From assembly GCF_030028105.1 (NCBI RefSeq), contig NC_092395.1, forward strand, positions 43,428,459-43,492,458: a DNA stretch of 64,000 nt, read 5' to 3'. This DNA is from Mobula birostris. Taxonomy: Eukaryota. Each line of letters opens with the position of its first letter. Position 1 is the stretch's first letter. Below, one piece after another: positions 52,830 to 64,000 of this stretch. The notes beneath the pieces were generated by a model. The model made no database searches. It saw only the letters and a list, made by a program, of their open reading frames with translations, and was not told where the DNA came from. Made by a program: the position numbers and the translations under genes.

Positions 52830-54450
52830 TTTCAGATCAAACTAAAAAGCTTGAGCGTGTACATATTAAGAAAGAAGATTTGCTGGAGCTTTTGGAAAGC
52901 ATCAAGTTGGATAAGTTACCGGGACCAGACCAGGCTACTGTGGGAGGCAAGGGAAAAGATTGCTGAGCCTCTGGCGATGATCTTTGCACCATCAATGGGG
53001 GCGGGAGAGGTTCTGGAGGATTGGAGGGCTGTGGATGTTGTTCCAATATTCAAGAAAGAGAGTAGAGATAGCCCAGGAAATTACAGACCAGTGAGTCTTA
53101 CTTCAGTGGTTGGTTAGTTGATGGAGAAGATCCTGAGAGGCAGTATTTATGAACATTTGGAGAGGCATAATATGATTAGGAATAGTCAGTGTGGCTTTGT
53201 GAAAAGCTGGTCGAGCCTGACAAGCCTGATTGAATTTTTTTTGAGGAAGTGACTAAACACAATGATGAGGTTAGGACAGTAGATGTAGTGTATATGGATT
53301 TCAGCAAGGCATTTGACAAAGTATCCCATGCCAGGCTTATTGAGGAAGTAAGCAGGCATGGGGCACTGCTCTGTCGATTCAGAACCGGCATGCCCACGGA
53401 AGGCAAAGAGTGGTTGTAGATAGGTCATATTCTGCATGGAGGTTGGTGACCAGTGATGTGCCTCAGGGATCTGTTCCAGGACCCCTACTCTACGTGATTT
53501 TTATAAATGATCTGGATGAGGAAGTAGAACGAAGGGATAATAAATTTGCTGATTACACAAAGTTTGGAGGTGTTGTGCATAGTGTGGTGGGCTGTCAGAA
53601 GTTACAGTGAGGCATTAATACGATGCAACACTGGGCTGAGAAGTGGCAGATGGAGCTCAACTAAGATAAGAGTGAGGTGGTTCATTTTGGTAGGTCAAAT
53701 ATGATGGCAGAATATAGTATTAATGGTAAGACTCTTGGCAGTGTGGAGGATCAGAGGGATCTTGGTGACTGAGTCCAAAGGACATTCAAAGCTGCTGCGC
53801 AGGTTGACTCTGTGGTTAAGAAAGCATACGGTGTATTGGCATTCATCAGCCGTGTGATTGAGTTTAAGAGCCAAGAGGTAATGTAAGGACCCTGGTCAGA
53901 CCCCACTTGGAGTACTGTGCTCAGTTCTGATTGTCTCACTACAGGAAGGATGTGGAAACCATAGAAAGGGAGCAGAGGAGATTTACAAGGATGTTGTTTG
54001 GATTGGGCAGGATGCCTTATGAGAATAGGTTGAGTGAACTCAGCCTTCTTTCCTTGGAGCGACGTAGGATGAGAGGTGACCCGATAGAGGTGTATAAGGT
54101 GATGAGAGGCATTGATCATGTGGATAGTCAGAGGCTTTTCCCCAGGGCTGAAATGGCTAGCATGAGAGGTCACAGTTTTAAGGTGCTTGGAAGTAGGTAC
54201 AGAGGAGATGTCATGGGTAAGTCATTAATCAGTGAGTGCTGAGTGCATAGAATAGGATGCCAGTGATGATGGTGGAGGCGGATATGATAGGGTCTTTTAA
54301 GAGGTGCCTTGGCAGGTACATGGAGCTCAGAAAAGTAGAGGGCTATGGATAACTCTAGGTAATTTCCAAGGTAAGGGCATGTTCAGCACAGCTTTGTGGG
54401 CCAAAGGGCCTGTATTGTGCTGTAGGTTTTTCTATGTTTCTATAGTTCTA
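52830..54450 (+). mobile_element. 5'-truncated CR1
   Basis: PGNYRPVSLTSVVG; VPQGSVPGPLL; tail tttctatgtttctatagttctatg; absent from paralog A. Confidence 0.9.
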
Positions 54451-55081
54451 TGAATGAATTCACAACATTTTGCTGTAATGCAGTTTTTGTGTGGGTGTTT
54501 TGAAGGATGGCTTATTTTTCTTTCAGTCAGATCGTGTAAACTTTCACAAATGAAAACCACTTCCAAACATGTCTGCCAACACTTTACAGGAGTGATGGTT
54601 TGTGAGCTTTTTACATTTCATTACTCGTTGATAAATCTGGAAAGCCCCATACAATTGGAGAAGAACAGATTTAGCCAGCCGTAAGGAAGCTTCTGAGTAC
54701 AGTTTTGCATAAATCACCAGACCAAATAATTGAAGTCAGTGACAACTCTGTTAAAAGATGAATAGATGAAATATCTGAGAATGTGGAAGACACAGGGGAC
54801 AACAGAATCTGTTCTCCTTCTTGTTTGTCTACTGCATAGAGCCTTTGTTGAAATGCAAACCCCATCCTTCTAGTTTTGAAATGACCTGGACCATTCTTTG
54901 ATTCATCTGGGACTCCAAGATGGAGTGAATAAGACTGATCACAATGCACAAGTCCTTGGACAACCAAGGCAACAACATATGTAATGTCATCCTCACCCTG
55001 ATGAGCACATTCATGTATGCAACACACATCAAAGTTGCTGGTGGACGCAGCAGGCCAGGCAGCATCTCTAGGAAGAGGTAC

Positions 55082-55117
55082 AGTCGATGTTTCAGGCCGA
55101 GACCCTTCATCGGGACT
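55082..55117 (-). ncRNA. Mutated hammerhead motif (probably inactive)
   Basis: AGTC-CCGATGA-AGG(GTCTCGG)CCT-GAA-ACAT-C-GACT; core U>C and GUC>AUC. Confidence 0.45.
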
Positions 55118-56629
55118 AACTGAAGGAAGAGTTAGTAAGAGATTTGAAAGTGGGAGGGGGAGATCCAAAATGATAGGAGAAGACAGGAGGGGGAGGGATG
55201 GAGCCAAGAGCTGGACAGGTGATTGGCAAAGGGGATATGAGATGATCATGTGACAGGAGACCCAGGGAGAAAGACCAGGGGTGGGAGGGAAACCCAGAGG
55301 ATGGGTAAGGAGTATAGTCAGAGGGACAGAGGGAGAAAAAGGAGAGTGAGAGAAAGAATGTGTGTATAAAAATAAATAATGGATGGGGTACGAGGGGGAG
55401 GTGGGGCATTAGCGGAAGTTAGAGAAGTCAATGTTCATGCCATCAGGTTGGAGGCTACCCAGACGGAATATAAGTTGTTGTTCCTCCAACCTGAGTGTGA
55501 ATTCATCTTTACAGTAGAGGAGGCCGTGGATAGACATGTCAGAATGGGAATGGGATGTGGAATTAAAATGTGTGGCCACTGGGAGATCGTGCTTTCTCTG
55601 GCAGACAGAGCGTAGATGTTCAGCAAAGCGGTCTCCCAGTCTGCGTCGGGTCTTGCCAACATATAGAAAGCCACATTGGGAGCACCGGACGCAGTATATC
55701 ACCCCAGCCGACTCACAGGTGAAGTGTCGCCTCAATTGGAAGGACTGTCTGGGTCCTGAATGGTGGTAAGGGAGGAAGTGTAAGGGCCTGTGTAGCACTT
55801 GTCCCGCTTACAAGGATAAGTGCCAGGAGGGAGATCAGTGGGGAGGGATGGGGGGGACAAATGGCTGGGGTGATAAACATTCGTCCCCCGCATCCTTCCC
55901 CACTGATCTCCCTCCTGGCACTTATCCTTGTAAACGGAACAAGTGCTACACATGCCTTTACACTTCCTCCCTTACCACCATCAGGGCCCCAGACAGTCCT
56001 TCCAGGTGAGGTGACACTTCACCTGTGAGTCGGCTGGGGTGAGATACTGCGTCCGGTGCTCCCGATGTGGCCTTCTATATATTGGCGACACCCGACACAG
56101 ACAGGGAGACCACTTTGCTGAACACCTACGCTCTGTGTGCCAGAGAAAGCACGATCTCCCAGTGGCCACACATTTTAATTCCACATCCCACTCCCATTCT
56201 GACATGTCTATCCACGGCCTCCTCTACTGTAAAGATGAAGCCACACTCAGGTTGGAGGAACAACATCTTATATTCCGTCTGGGTAGCCTCTAACCTGATG
56301 GCATGAACATTGACTTCTCTAACTTCCGCTAATACCCCACTTCCCCCTCGTACCCCAACCGTTATTTATTTTTATACACACATTCTTTCTCTCACTCTCC
56401 TTTTACTCCCTCTGTCCCTCTCACTATACCCCTTGCCCTTCCTCTGGGTTTCCCCCTCACCCCTTGTCTTTCTCCCTGGGCCTCCTGTCCCATGATCCTC
56501 TCATATACCCTTTGCCAATCACCTGTCCAGCTCTTGGCTCCATCCCTCCCCCTCCTGTCTTCTCCTATCATTTTTGATCTCCCCCTCCCCCTCCCACTTT
56601 CAAATTTCTTACTAACTCTTCCTTCAGTT

Positions 56630-56665
56630 AGTCCTGACGAAGGGTCTCAGCCTGAAATGTCGACT
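56630..56665 (+). ncRNA. Minimal type-I hammerhead ribozyme motif
   Basis: AGTC-CTGACGA-AGG(GTCTCAG)CCT-GAA-ATGT-C/GACT: core CUGANGA and GAAA, stem I AGTC:GACT, GUC cleavage triplet. Confidence 0.65.
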
Positions 56666-57306
56666 GTACCTCTTCCTAGAGATGCTGCCTGGCCTGCTGC
56701 GTTCACCAGCAACTTTGATGTGTGTTGCTTGAATTTCCAGTATCTGCAGAATTCCTGATGTTTACATTCATGTGTGGTTGCTTTAGACTCTCTGTGGAAA
56801 ACTCTAAGTACCTGGGCACCAAGTACCACTATCAAAGTTTTCTCTGTCCCTGGTGTTGAGAAGGACAAGTATGGACCTTTGTCGCGCCATGTCCCAGTCA
56901 GCTGGACGCTTGGTGCAGCCACTTGTAAGGGCTTGGTGGGGTAGGACCACAGTGAAAGTTTCTTCCACAAAGGGAAAGTGAGAGACCAGGTTGGTGAGAA
57001 AGCTTCAGAATTGTTGCACTAAGTATACCACCCTCGGAAACCACATAAGTGGCAACAGTGTTATTGGCTTGAAGGAATTTAACTGAACACTACTGAACAA
57101 CTTTTTTAAAAAAATTACAAGGCATTGCAGCATGGTTTATTCTTCCAAATATTGTTATGAATATAGATGCTGCCTGACCTGCTGAGTTCCTCCAGAAATT
57201 TGCGTGTGTTGCGGTCACAATATGTGCTGGCAATGTTGGAACCCAGATGTGGAGGAAAAAGAGTCCAATGAAGAGACGAAAACCAGAGTTTATTCATAAG
57301 AATTCC

Positions 57307-57632
57307 TTTTTAAATCTTTTTTATTGAATAGGTATACAAAAGGGTTAGGCATACAGGCACTAATACACTGTTAGAATATAATAAAATTACAGGAAATATT
57401 AATACAGAAAAAAAAGTGATACAAACAATGTAATTTAAACATAATATACTAAGGTAACATAATAGTATACTAATTTTTATATATATATATCAATAGAGAA
57501 AAGGAAAAAAAAAACCCAAAAAAACTCACTGTGCAACTAAACTAAAAGCAAAGCAAAGCAATGGGCTAACTTGAAACCAAATAGAGTTAAAGAACTTAAA
57601 ATCACGTCCTCAAACCCGACCTCCATTAAAAA
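57307..57632 (-). mobile_element. L1 3' UTR fragment with 15-bp TSD ATTCATAAGAATTCC
   Basis: TSD 57292-57306/57633-57647; T-rich tail on plus strand. Confidence 0.8.
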
Positions 57633-59774
57633 ATTCATAAGAATTCCAACAGAACATCAGTGGCTTGGCCGAGCAACACCGCAAGACGTAATATTCTCGA
57701 AACAAGAACCCCACAACTAGCGCTAATTGGGCCTCCGCTTAAATATTACAAGTAAGAAGGAATCCCTGAGTCTTAGCAAGTTTAGACATTAAACACACAG
57801 AGACTGCATTACAGAGAGTAAGTTGCTCAAAAAGAAAAACACAAGTAACTTTTAAATGATTAGCAACAATTGACCAAACAAGCTGCTCTTCGAAACCTCA
57901 GCGCCCAACGCTCTCCGGCTTGTCAGACAAGTCTGAAGAGCTCATTACAAAGTATGTAATAAGGCTGGTGTTTCAAGTGTAGATTTTTCTTGTTAATCGA
58001 GACAGTCTGATAAAAAAGGATCTGGCAGGGAATCTCAGAGCAATGGGAATGGATAACTGTGACAATGTGGGACCTCAGGAGCTTTCCTGTTTTCTGCACA
58101 ACGATGGGTACAGGAAGTGTTTTCAGCTGGAAGAACATATCCTCTGGGATTTGGAGCTTGAGCGACAGCAATCCATCCACAAGGCTGAATGTTTCTTGTG
58201 CAGCAGGTTTCAGGAGCTGGTCATCCTGCAGCTAATGTGAGAGCATGAAGCAGGGAGACTGGCAGATTACGTGGCAGACTGAAGTGCAGGCAGGTGGGTC
58301 AGCAGATCCTTGAGTGCTTCCTGCTCTCTAACTGTATGATATTCAGAGTACTGATTGATGATAGTCTTCCTCTAAGGACAGAGGCATGACCAGACAAGTG
58401 GGTTTATCGTGCAGGCAGAGGAACAGAAAGAGGAATAGTTCTTAATTTGAAGAGCAGAATATCCAACTATATCTCAAAGGAATAGGCCACCTAGCCCATG
58501 TGCCAATAATGATGTCAAGTTCAACTGAAGCTATCTGCTTCTACCAGGTCTATATCCCTGCTTTATTCCTTTGGCTGCTGCAATTTCCTTCCACATGTCA
58601 AAGGGGTGCAGGTTGGTAGATGAACTTGCTGCTATAAATTGGTCCAGGAGTGTCGGTGAGTGGAAGGATCTGATGTAAATTGAATAGAATGTGAAGGGAA
58701 AGAAATGTAATTGAATGGGATTAGTGTGGGTGTAGTAAGGTGCAGATAAATGTTAGCCTGAGGAAATAGTGCAGGAGGGTGGCTGTAGATCCATGGGTGA
58801 TTGGGATCAGTTCATGGGTGAGCTTGTGTGTGTGTGGGTGGGGTGGGGGTTGTCATCAGCTCAGACCAGACTGTGGGACCAGAGCTCTGACCAGCATCCT
58901 CAGAGGAAGTTTCACTGGAGTAGGAAGGAATGAGAACATGGGAAAGTAGCAGTGTAATGGAGGATAAAAGGTGTCCTGGGAAAGGAGGGATCTTCATGTA
59001 TGGGCTTCACCTGGAGACAACTTGAAAGACTGGTCCAGGATAGAGGACTCCAGTTTGTGGCCTATGCAACAGAATTGTGATAAGTTTAAACAAACAAACA
59101 TCAACATTCATTCTATACACCCCTGGTAAAATATCATGTTGTTACTTCCCCTGGTTACTCAAACACCACCTTCCAATTCTTTGAGCTGTATTACCAAGTA
59201 CACAAGGGCAGAATGAGCAGGAAATGCCACCTGTAAGTTCACTTCCAAGTCACAAACTATCCTTTCTTGGAAATATCTAGATAGTAGATAAAAATATCTC
59301 ATCTTGGACCTGAGAATATTTCTACAAATGTACTGTGTTTGGGAGTATTCTGAATGTTTAACCTTTGAGAGAATGTTACAGAATGCTTTGAGTTCAAAAG
59401 AGTTTTTTGTGATGTGTGGCCACATGTGAGTTCACTTGAGTTCGATCGATCTCTATCACACAGATGTTTGTGCAGGGAGATTCAATTGTAATATTTAGAG
59501 AGAGCCAGATACATATCTGAAACTGCAGGGTTGTGGATAGTGGGCTGGGCCATGTAATGTTTTTAATATCGAGCTGGTCTGAGGTGAACAGGCCAAATGG
59601 CTTCACTTTCTCATATAACCATTATGCTTCACTATTATCCAGTCTCTTATGATGATCTGTGCGTAAGAGACAGTGAATTTTGCGCTTGCACCTCCCAAGT
59701 AAAACCTTGTTGTTTTTGTGCAGTTAATAAGGTTGATAACTGTCTGATAATCCCAATTTCTTCACTCCACACTG

Positions 59775-60460
59775 TGGAGGGAGGAGAAGATTGCAGCACT
59801 ACGCAGCGCGCGCGACCTCTCCGGTGAAATGATATCATATTTGTTAAATAGGGGCCATGCACAATCCTCATTTGATGGAGACAGACGTGAGAAGCACTGA
59901 GGAACATCTGGAGAAACTTCTGAAATGCCCAGTTCGCTGCCGCTGCTACTGTGCGATCTAGAATCTCCAAAGGGGAAGGCCCCAAATCCTCGGATTTGCC
60001 TGCTACTGACGTCTGGGGCTGGGGTCGATGTGCTCGGCAGAGATGGTGCTCGGTGCTCGGTGTCAGAGGGCTGGTTGGAGGCTCGAATTTTTCGGACGGA
60101 CTGAGATTTGGACTGTGGTCGGGTGCTTCCAGGATGCTGCATCGGCAAGTTTGCTGGGCTGGAAGCTCATGGCAGGGAGAGTTTTCTTCCTTCCACCATC
60201 TGCATGAGATGTTGGGACTTTCGAGAGACTTTGAGACATTTTTTACCATGCCCATGGTATGTTCTTCTATCAAATTACAGTATTGCTTGCACTGTTGTAA
60301 CTATATGTTATAATTATGTGTTTTTTGTTAGTTTTTCAGTCTTGGTCTGTCTTGTGTTTCTGTGATATCACACTGGAGGAAAATTGTATCATTTTTTAAT
60401 GAATGCATTGCTAAATGACAATAAAAGAGGACTGCATGTCCTCATAATCTAATAATCTAA
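59775..60460 (+). mobile_element. Non-autonomous retroelement (family of 11430-12050)
   Basis: Head gaggagaagattgc, tail aataaaagagg...cataatctaataatctaat. Confidence 0.7.
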
Positions 60461-60624
60461 TATTTCTGTACTGTCCGGTCTCTGACATTAAATGACAGCA
60501 TCCAACTCCAATATGGTACAACTCCCTTTGTAACTTTGGTTAGATCTGGGGATAATATTGTCGAGAAGATTCTTCGGGAGTCAAAAGAAGTTGCCAGATT
60601 TATGGTTACAACTCCTTTATCAGA

Positions 60625-62185
60625 TGTTCAGCATAGAAGAGGCACAAAAAGGCCAGAAGAAAAAGAACACAATAATAAACAAAAACACAATAAATGTAAA
60701 TACATAACATTGCTTATATACATAGATTGACTGTGTGTTCATAAACTGACACGAGGCACAGGAGTGTTTGCCCATAAGGTGACTCTGACAGGAAATGATA
60801 AAGTACTGGTGGTGGAGGTGTGGGTTAGTGGGTAGAGTGTTGGTCATCCTTACTGTTTGGGGATATAACTGTTTTTGTGTCTAGTGGTTCTGGCATGGAT
60901 GCTACGCAGCTTCCTCCCTAATGGGAGTGGGACAAGCAGTCAATGAGCAGGATTGGTGGGATCCATCATGATGTTTCTGGCTCTTTACCAGCACCTTTCT
61001 GCATGTATGTCCTTGATGGCGCATAGGCAGGTGCCAATGACGTGTTGGGCATACCCCTTGTATTGAACTTCCTGACTACCACAGTGCAGTTTCCTTACCA
61101 TGCAGTGATTAATCTTGTTAGGATACTCTCTACTGTGCATCTGCAAAAGGACATGAGTAAAGATGAGCATAGTCCAGCTCCCCTCAGCCTCCTGAGGAAG
61201 TAGAGATGTTGGTGAGCTTTCCTGATCGTGTAAGTTGGGATCGAGAGCCATGTAACGTTATGCATAATGTACCCTCCCAGGAATTTGAAACTCGTCAAAG
61301 TTTCCATTGCTGTGCAGTCAATATTTTGTGACTAGTGTGACTTAGTTCTCCTGAAGTCAATAACAATTTCCTTTGTCTTGTTAACTTTGAGGAAGAAGTT
61401 ATTTGCCTGGCACAGGCTTCGAACTTTCCCACTTTCTCTCTGTAGGCTGCCTCATCATTGTTGGTGATGAGCCTCACCACTGTTGTGTCATCAGTGAATC
61501 AGACCATGTGATTACTTAGATATTTGGCCGTTCGATGATACGTGAGCAGACTCGACAGCAGTTGGCTCAGCACACAACCCTGGGGGGTGGGGGGGGCACC
61601 TGTGTTGAGGATAATGGAGAGGGAGGAGCGATTGTGCATCCTGACTATCTGAGGGCGGTTTTTTGGGAAGTCCAATGCCCAGATGCATAGTGGTGCATTT
61701 AGACTGATGAGTAGGAGTTTGTTCACTAATATCCGTGGGATAATAGTGTTGAATGCGGAACTGAAATCCAGAAACAGCATTCAGACACAAGTGTTCTTGT
61801 TTTCTAGGTGTACCAGGGCCAGGAGCATGACAGATGTTACTGCATTTGTTGTAGAGCTGTTCTACCAGTAAACATACTGGTGAGTGTCCCATGTGGCGGC
61901 AATGGAGCTTTTGACGTGTGCCATTACCAGCTGTTCAAAGCACTTCATGATAACTGGTGTCATTGCCACCGGGCGCTAATTGTTTAGTGTGAAGGTGTAG
62001 AGTACTTTGGTACAGGAACGATGATGGCTGATCTGAAGCATGCGGGGACAACAGCATGGATAAATGAAGAGTTGAAGATGTCTGTGAGGAGTCAGTGATC
62101 AGGCGTGTCCATTTCTTGAGTAGTCAGCCTGGCATGTTGTCTGGCCCGGCTGTGTTATGGAGCTTGACTCTTTGCAGAGTCCTTG
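60625..62185 (-). mobile_element. Rex1/Babar LINE, copy B
   Basis: [15 protein letters not shown]...; SFKFLG...KAHQHLYFLRRLR. Confidence 0.85.
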
Positions 62186-62474
62186 TGATTATACAAACAT
62201 AAAAGCAAGTGTAAGGAAACTAGAAAAAGAAAATGAAACCCCGCTGGTTTGCTTCGCTGCGTAAGTCTAGGGTAGACACACTCTGGTCCCACCAAACCCG
62301 TGAGATTGTGTCACAGTGGCGGGGGCATGGGGAGCAAGGCTGAACCCAAATGCAAGACACATCTTGTGAGGTTAATTAAATTTAGTTTATTGTTTGATAT
62401 CAGGAGAACGAGGCAGGAGCAGGAGTAGCGAACTGGACAAGGACAGAGGACTACGACCAGGCTGGGACCAAGGG

Positions 62475-63555
62475 TGTTTCAATAAGATCCCCCCTCAATC
62501 TTCTAAATTCCAACGAGTATAAACCTAGTCAATCCAGTCTTTCATCATATGAAAGTCGTGCCATCCCAGGAATCAATCTGGTGAACCTTCTTTGTACTTC
62601 CTCTATGGCAAGGATGTCTTTCCTCAGATTAGGGGACCAAAACTGCACACAATACTCCAGGTGTGGTCTCACCAAGGCCTCCCTGCTCCTGTTCTCGAAT
62701 CCTCTTGCTATGAATGCCAGCATACCATTCACCTTTTTCACCGCCTGCTGTACCTGCATGCCCACTTTCAATGACCGGTGTATAATGACACCCAGGTCTC
62801 GTTGTACCTCCCCTTTTCCTTATCGGCCACCATTCAGATAATAATCTGTTTTCCTGTTTTTGCCACCAGAGTGGATAACCTCACATTTATCCACATTAAA
62901 TTGCATCTGCCATGAATTTGCCCACTCACCTAACCTATCCAAGTCACCCTGCATCCTCTTAGCATCCTCCTCACAGCTAACGCTGCTGCCCAGCTTCGTG
63001 TCATCTGCAAACTTGGAGATGCTGCATTTAATTCCCTCATCCAGGTCATTAATATATATTGTAAACAACTGGGGTCCCAGCATTGAGCCTTGCGGTACCC
63101 AACTAGTCACTGCCTGCCATTCTGAAAAGGTCCCGTTTATTCCCACTCTTTGCTTCCTGTCTGCCAACCAATTCTCTATCCACATCAATACCTTACCCCC
63201 AATACCGTGTGCTTTAAGTTTGCATACTAATCTCCTGTGTGGGACCTTGTCAAAAGCCTTTTGAAAATCCAAATATACCACATCCACTGGTTCTCCCCAT
63301 CTACTCTACTAGTTACATCCTCAAAAATTCTATGAGATTCATCAGACATGATTATCCTTTCACAAATCCATGCTTTGTCCGATGATTTCACCGCTTTCCA
63401 AATGTGCTGTTATCACATCTTTGATAACTGACTCTAGCATTTTCCCCACCATCGATGTCAGGCTAACCAGTCTATAATTCCCCGGTTTCGCTCTCCCTCC
63501 TTTTTTAAAAAGTGGGGTTACATTAGCCACCCTCCAATCCTCAGGAACTAGTCCA
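62475..63555 (-). mobile_element. Internal CR1 RT fragment without 3' tail
   Basis: VVYLDFQKAFDKVPHRRL...FADDTKL. Confidence 0.9.
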
Positions 63556-63849
63556 GGGCTGGGACTCATGACCATCCGCGAGGCAACAGCAAGACGGTCT
63601 GAACACAGAGGCAAGGACAACCCAATATAAGACACGACTCCCCGCGGGGCAATGGCAAGACGGCCAGTCTTACCCCACAGATGCGTAGATAAGACAAGAC
63701 AAGACCAACACGAATGAACACCAGACAGTACCTATCTAGCTCCGGTGATGGAACTAGACCGAAGTGCAGGCAGTGGCTGCAGACGAGGGCTAGAGGAGAG
63801 AGGGGCAGAGAAGGGATTCAGATAAGGGGGTAGGACAGGAATCACAGAC

Positions 63850-64000
63850 CGCCAGGGCCAGGACTAGACTCAGGGCCAGGACTGGACATGGTACTTGAAT
63901 GCCACCAGGGCCAGGATGTGGACATGGTACTTGAACGCCACCAGGGCCAGGATGTGGACATGGTACTTGAACGCCGCCAGGGCCAGGATGTGGACATGGT
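63850..64000 (+). repeat. 36-bp minisatellite GCCACCAGGGCCAGGATGTGGACATGGTACTTGAAC
   Basis: Units at 63901, 63937 and 63973 plus degenerate upstream units. Confidence 0.9.

Larger units (their letters stand above)
55017..56763. mobile_element. Penelope-like insertion of two inverted 5'-truncated arms (GIY-YIG plus terminal repeat)
   Basis: VIYCVRCSQCGFLYVGKTRRRLGDRFAEH on minus strand, same on plus; centre ~55859-55881; 10-bp TSD ACATTCATGT (55007-55016/56764-56773). Confidence 0.9.
51665..57150 (+). mobile_element. Tx1 3' ends plus degenerate Tx1 body, copy B, split by CR1 and Penelope
   Basis: FYRKATGSTASQNLLSSV...LEKLTGSIHYFQSNK; TMHKSLDNQGNN.CNVILTLMSTFMCGCFRL. Confidence 0.75.
51665..62240 (+). 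repeat. Segmental duplication copy B (5' flank of the IgL gene)
   Basis: Same collinear blocks; carries a different set of post-duplication TE insertions. Confidence 0.9.
62309..64000 (-). mobile_element. Probable LTR-type element interrupted by CR1, running off the window
   Basis: Starts tgtcac, minus-strand AATAAA near 62386, internal short tandem repeats; no coding evidence. Confidence 0.35.

Overview
Repeat-rich vertebrate DNA, most likely a cartilaginous fish (repeat families resemble batoid rays; inference). The only intact host gene found is a minus-strand immunoglobulin light-chain gene with sigma-isotype signatures at 49123-51056: leader exon, one V-J exon, C exon, a TGATTTGCAT decamer/octamer plus TATA promoter and poly(A) signals. 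V and J are already fused in frame with no RSS between them while both introns remain, i.e. a germline-joined IgL, to my knowledge not the usual state for sigma. About 131-15310 is a diverged paralog of 51665-62240 (the 5' flank of this gene), predicting a sister IgL cluster just left of the window. The rest is nested mobile DNA: CR1, L1, Tx1, Rex1/Babar, R4/Rex6-like, Penelope (including a ~1.75-kb palindrome with hammerhead-ribozyme motifs near both ends), an IR/DR Tc1, a hAT-Charlie fossil, a solo LTR and tRNA-derived SINEs. Family assignments come from recalled motifs, not database searches; TE borders are approximate unless a TSD is given.
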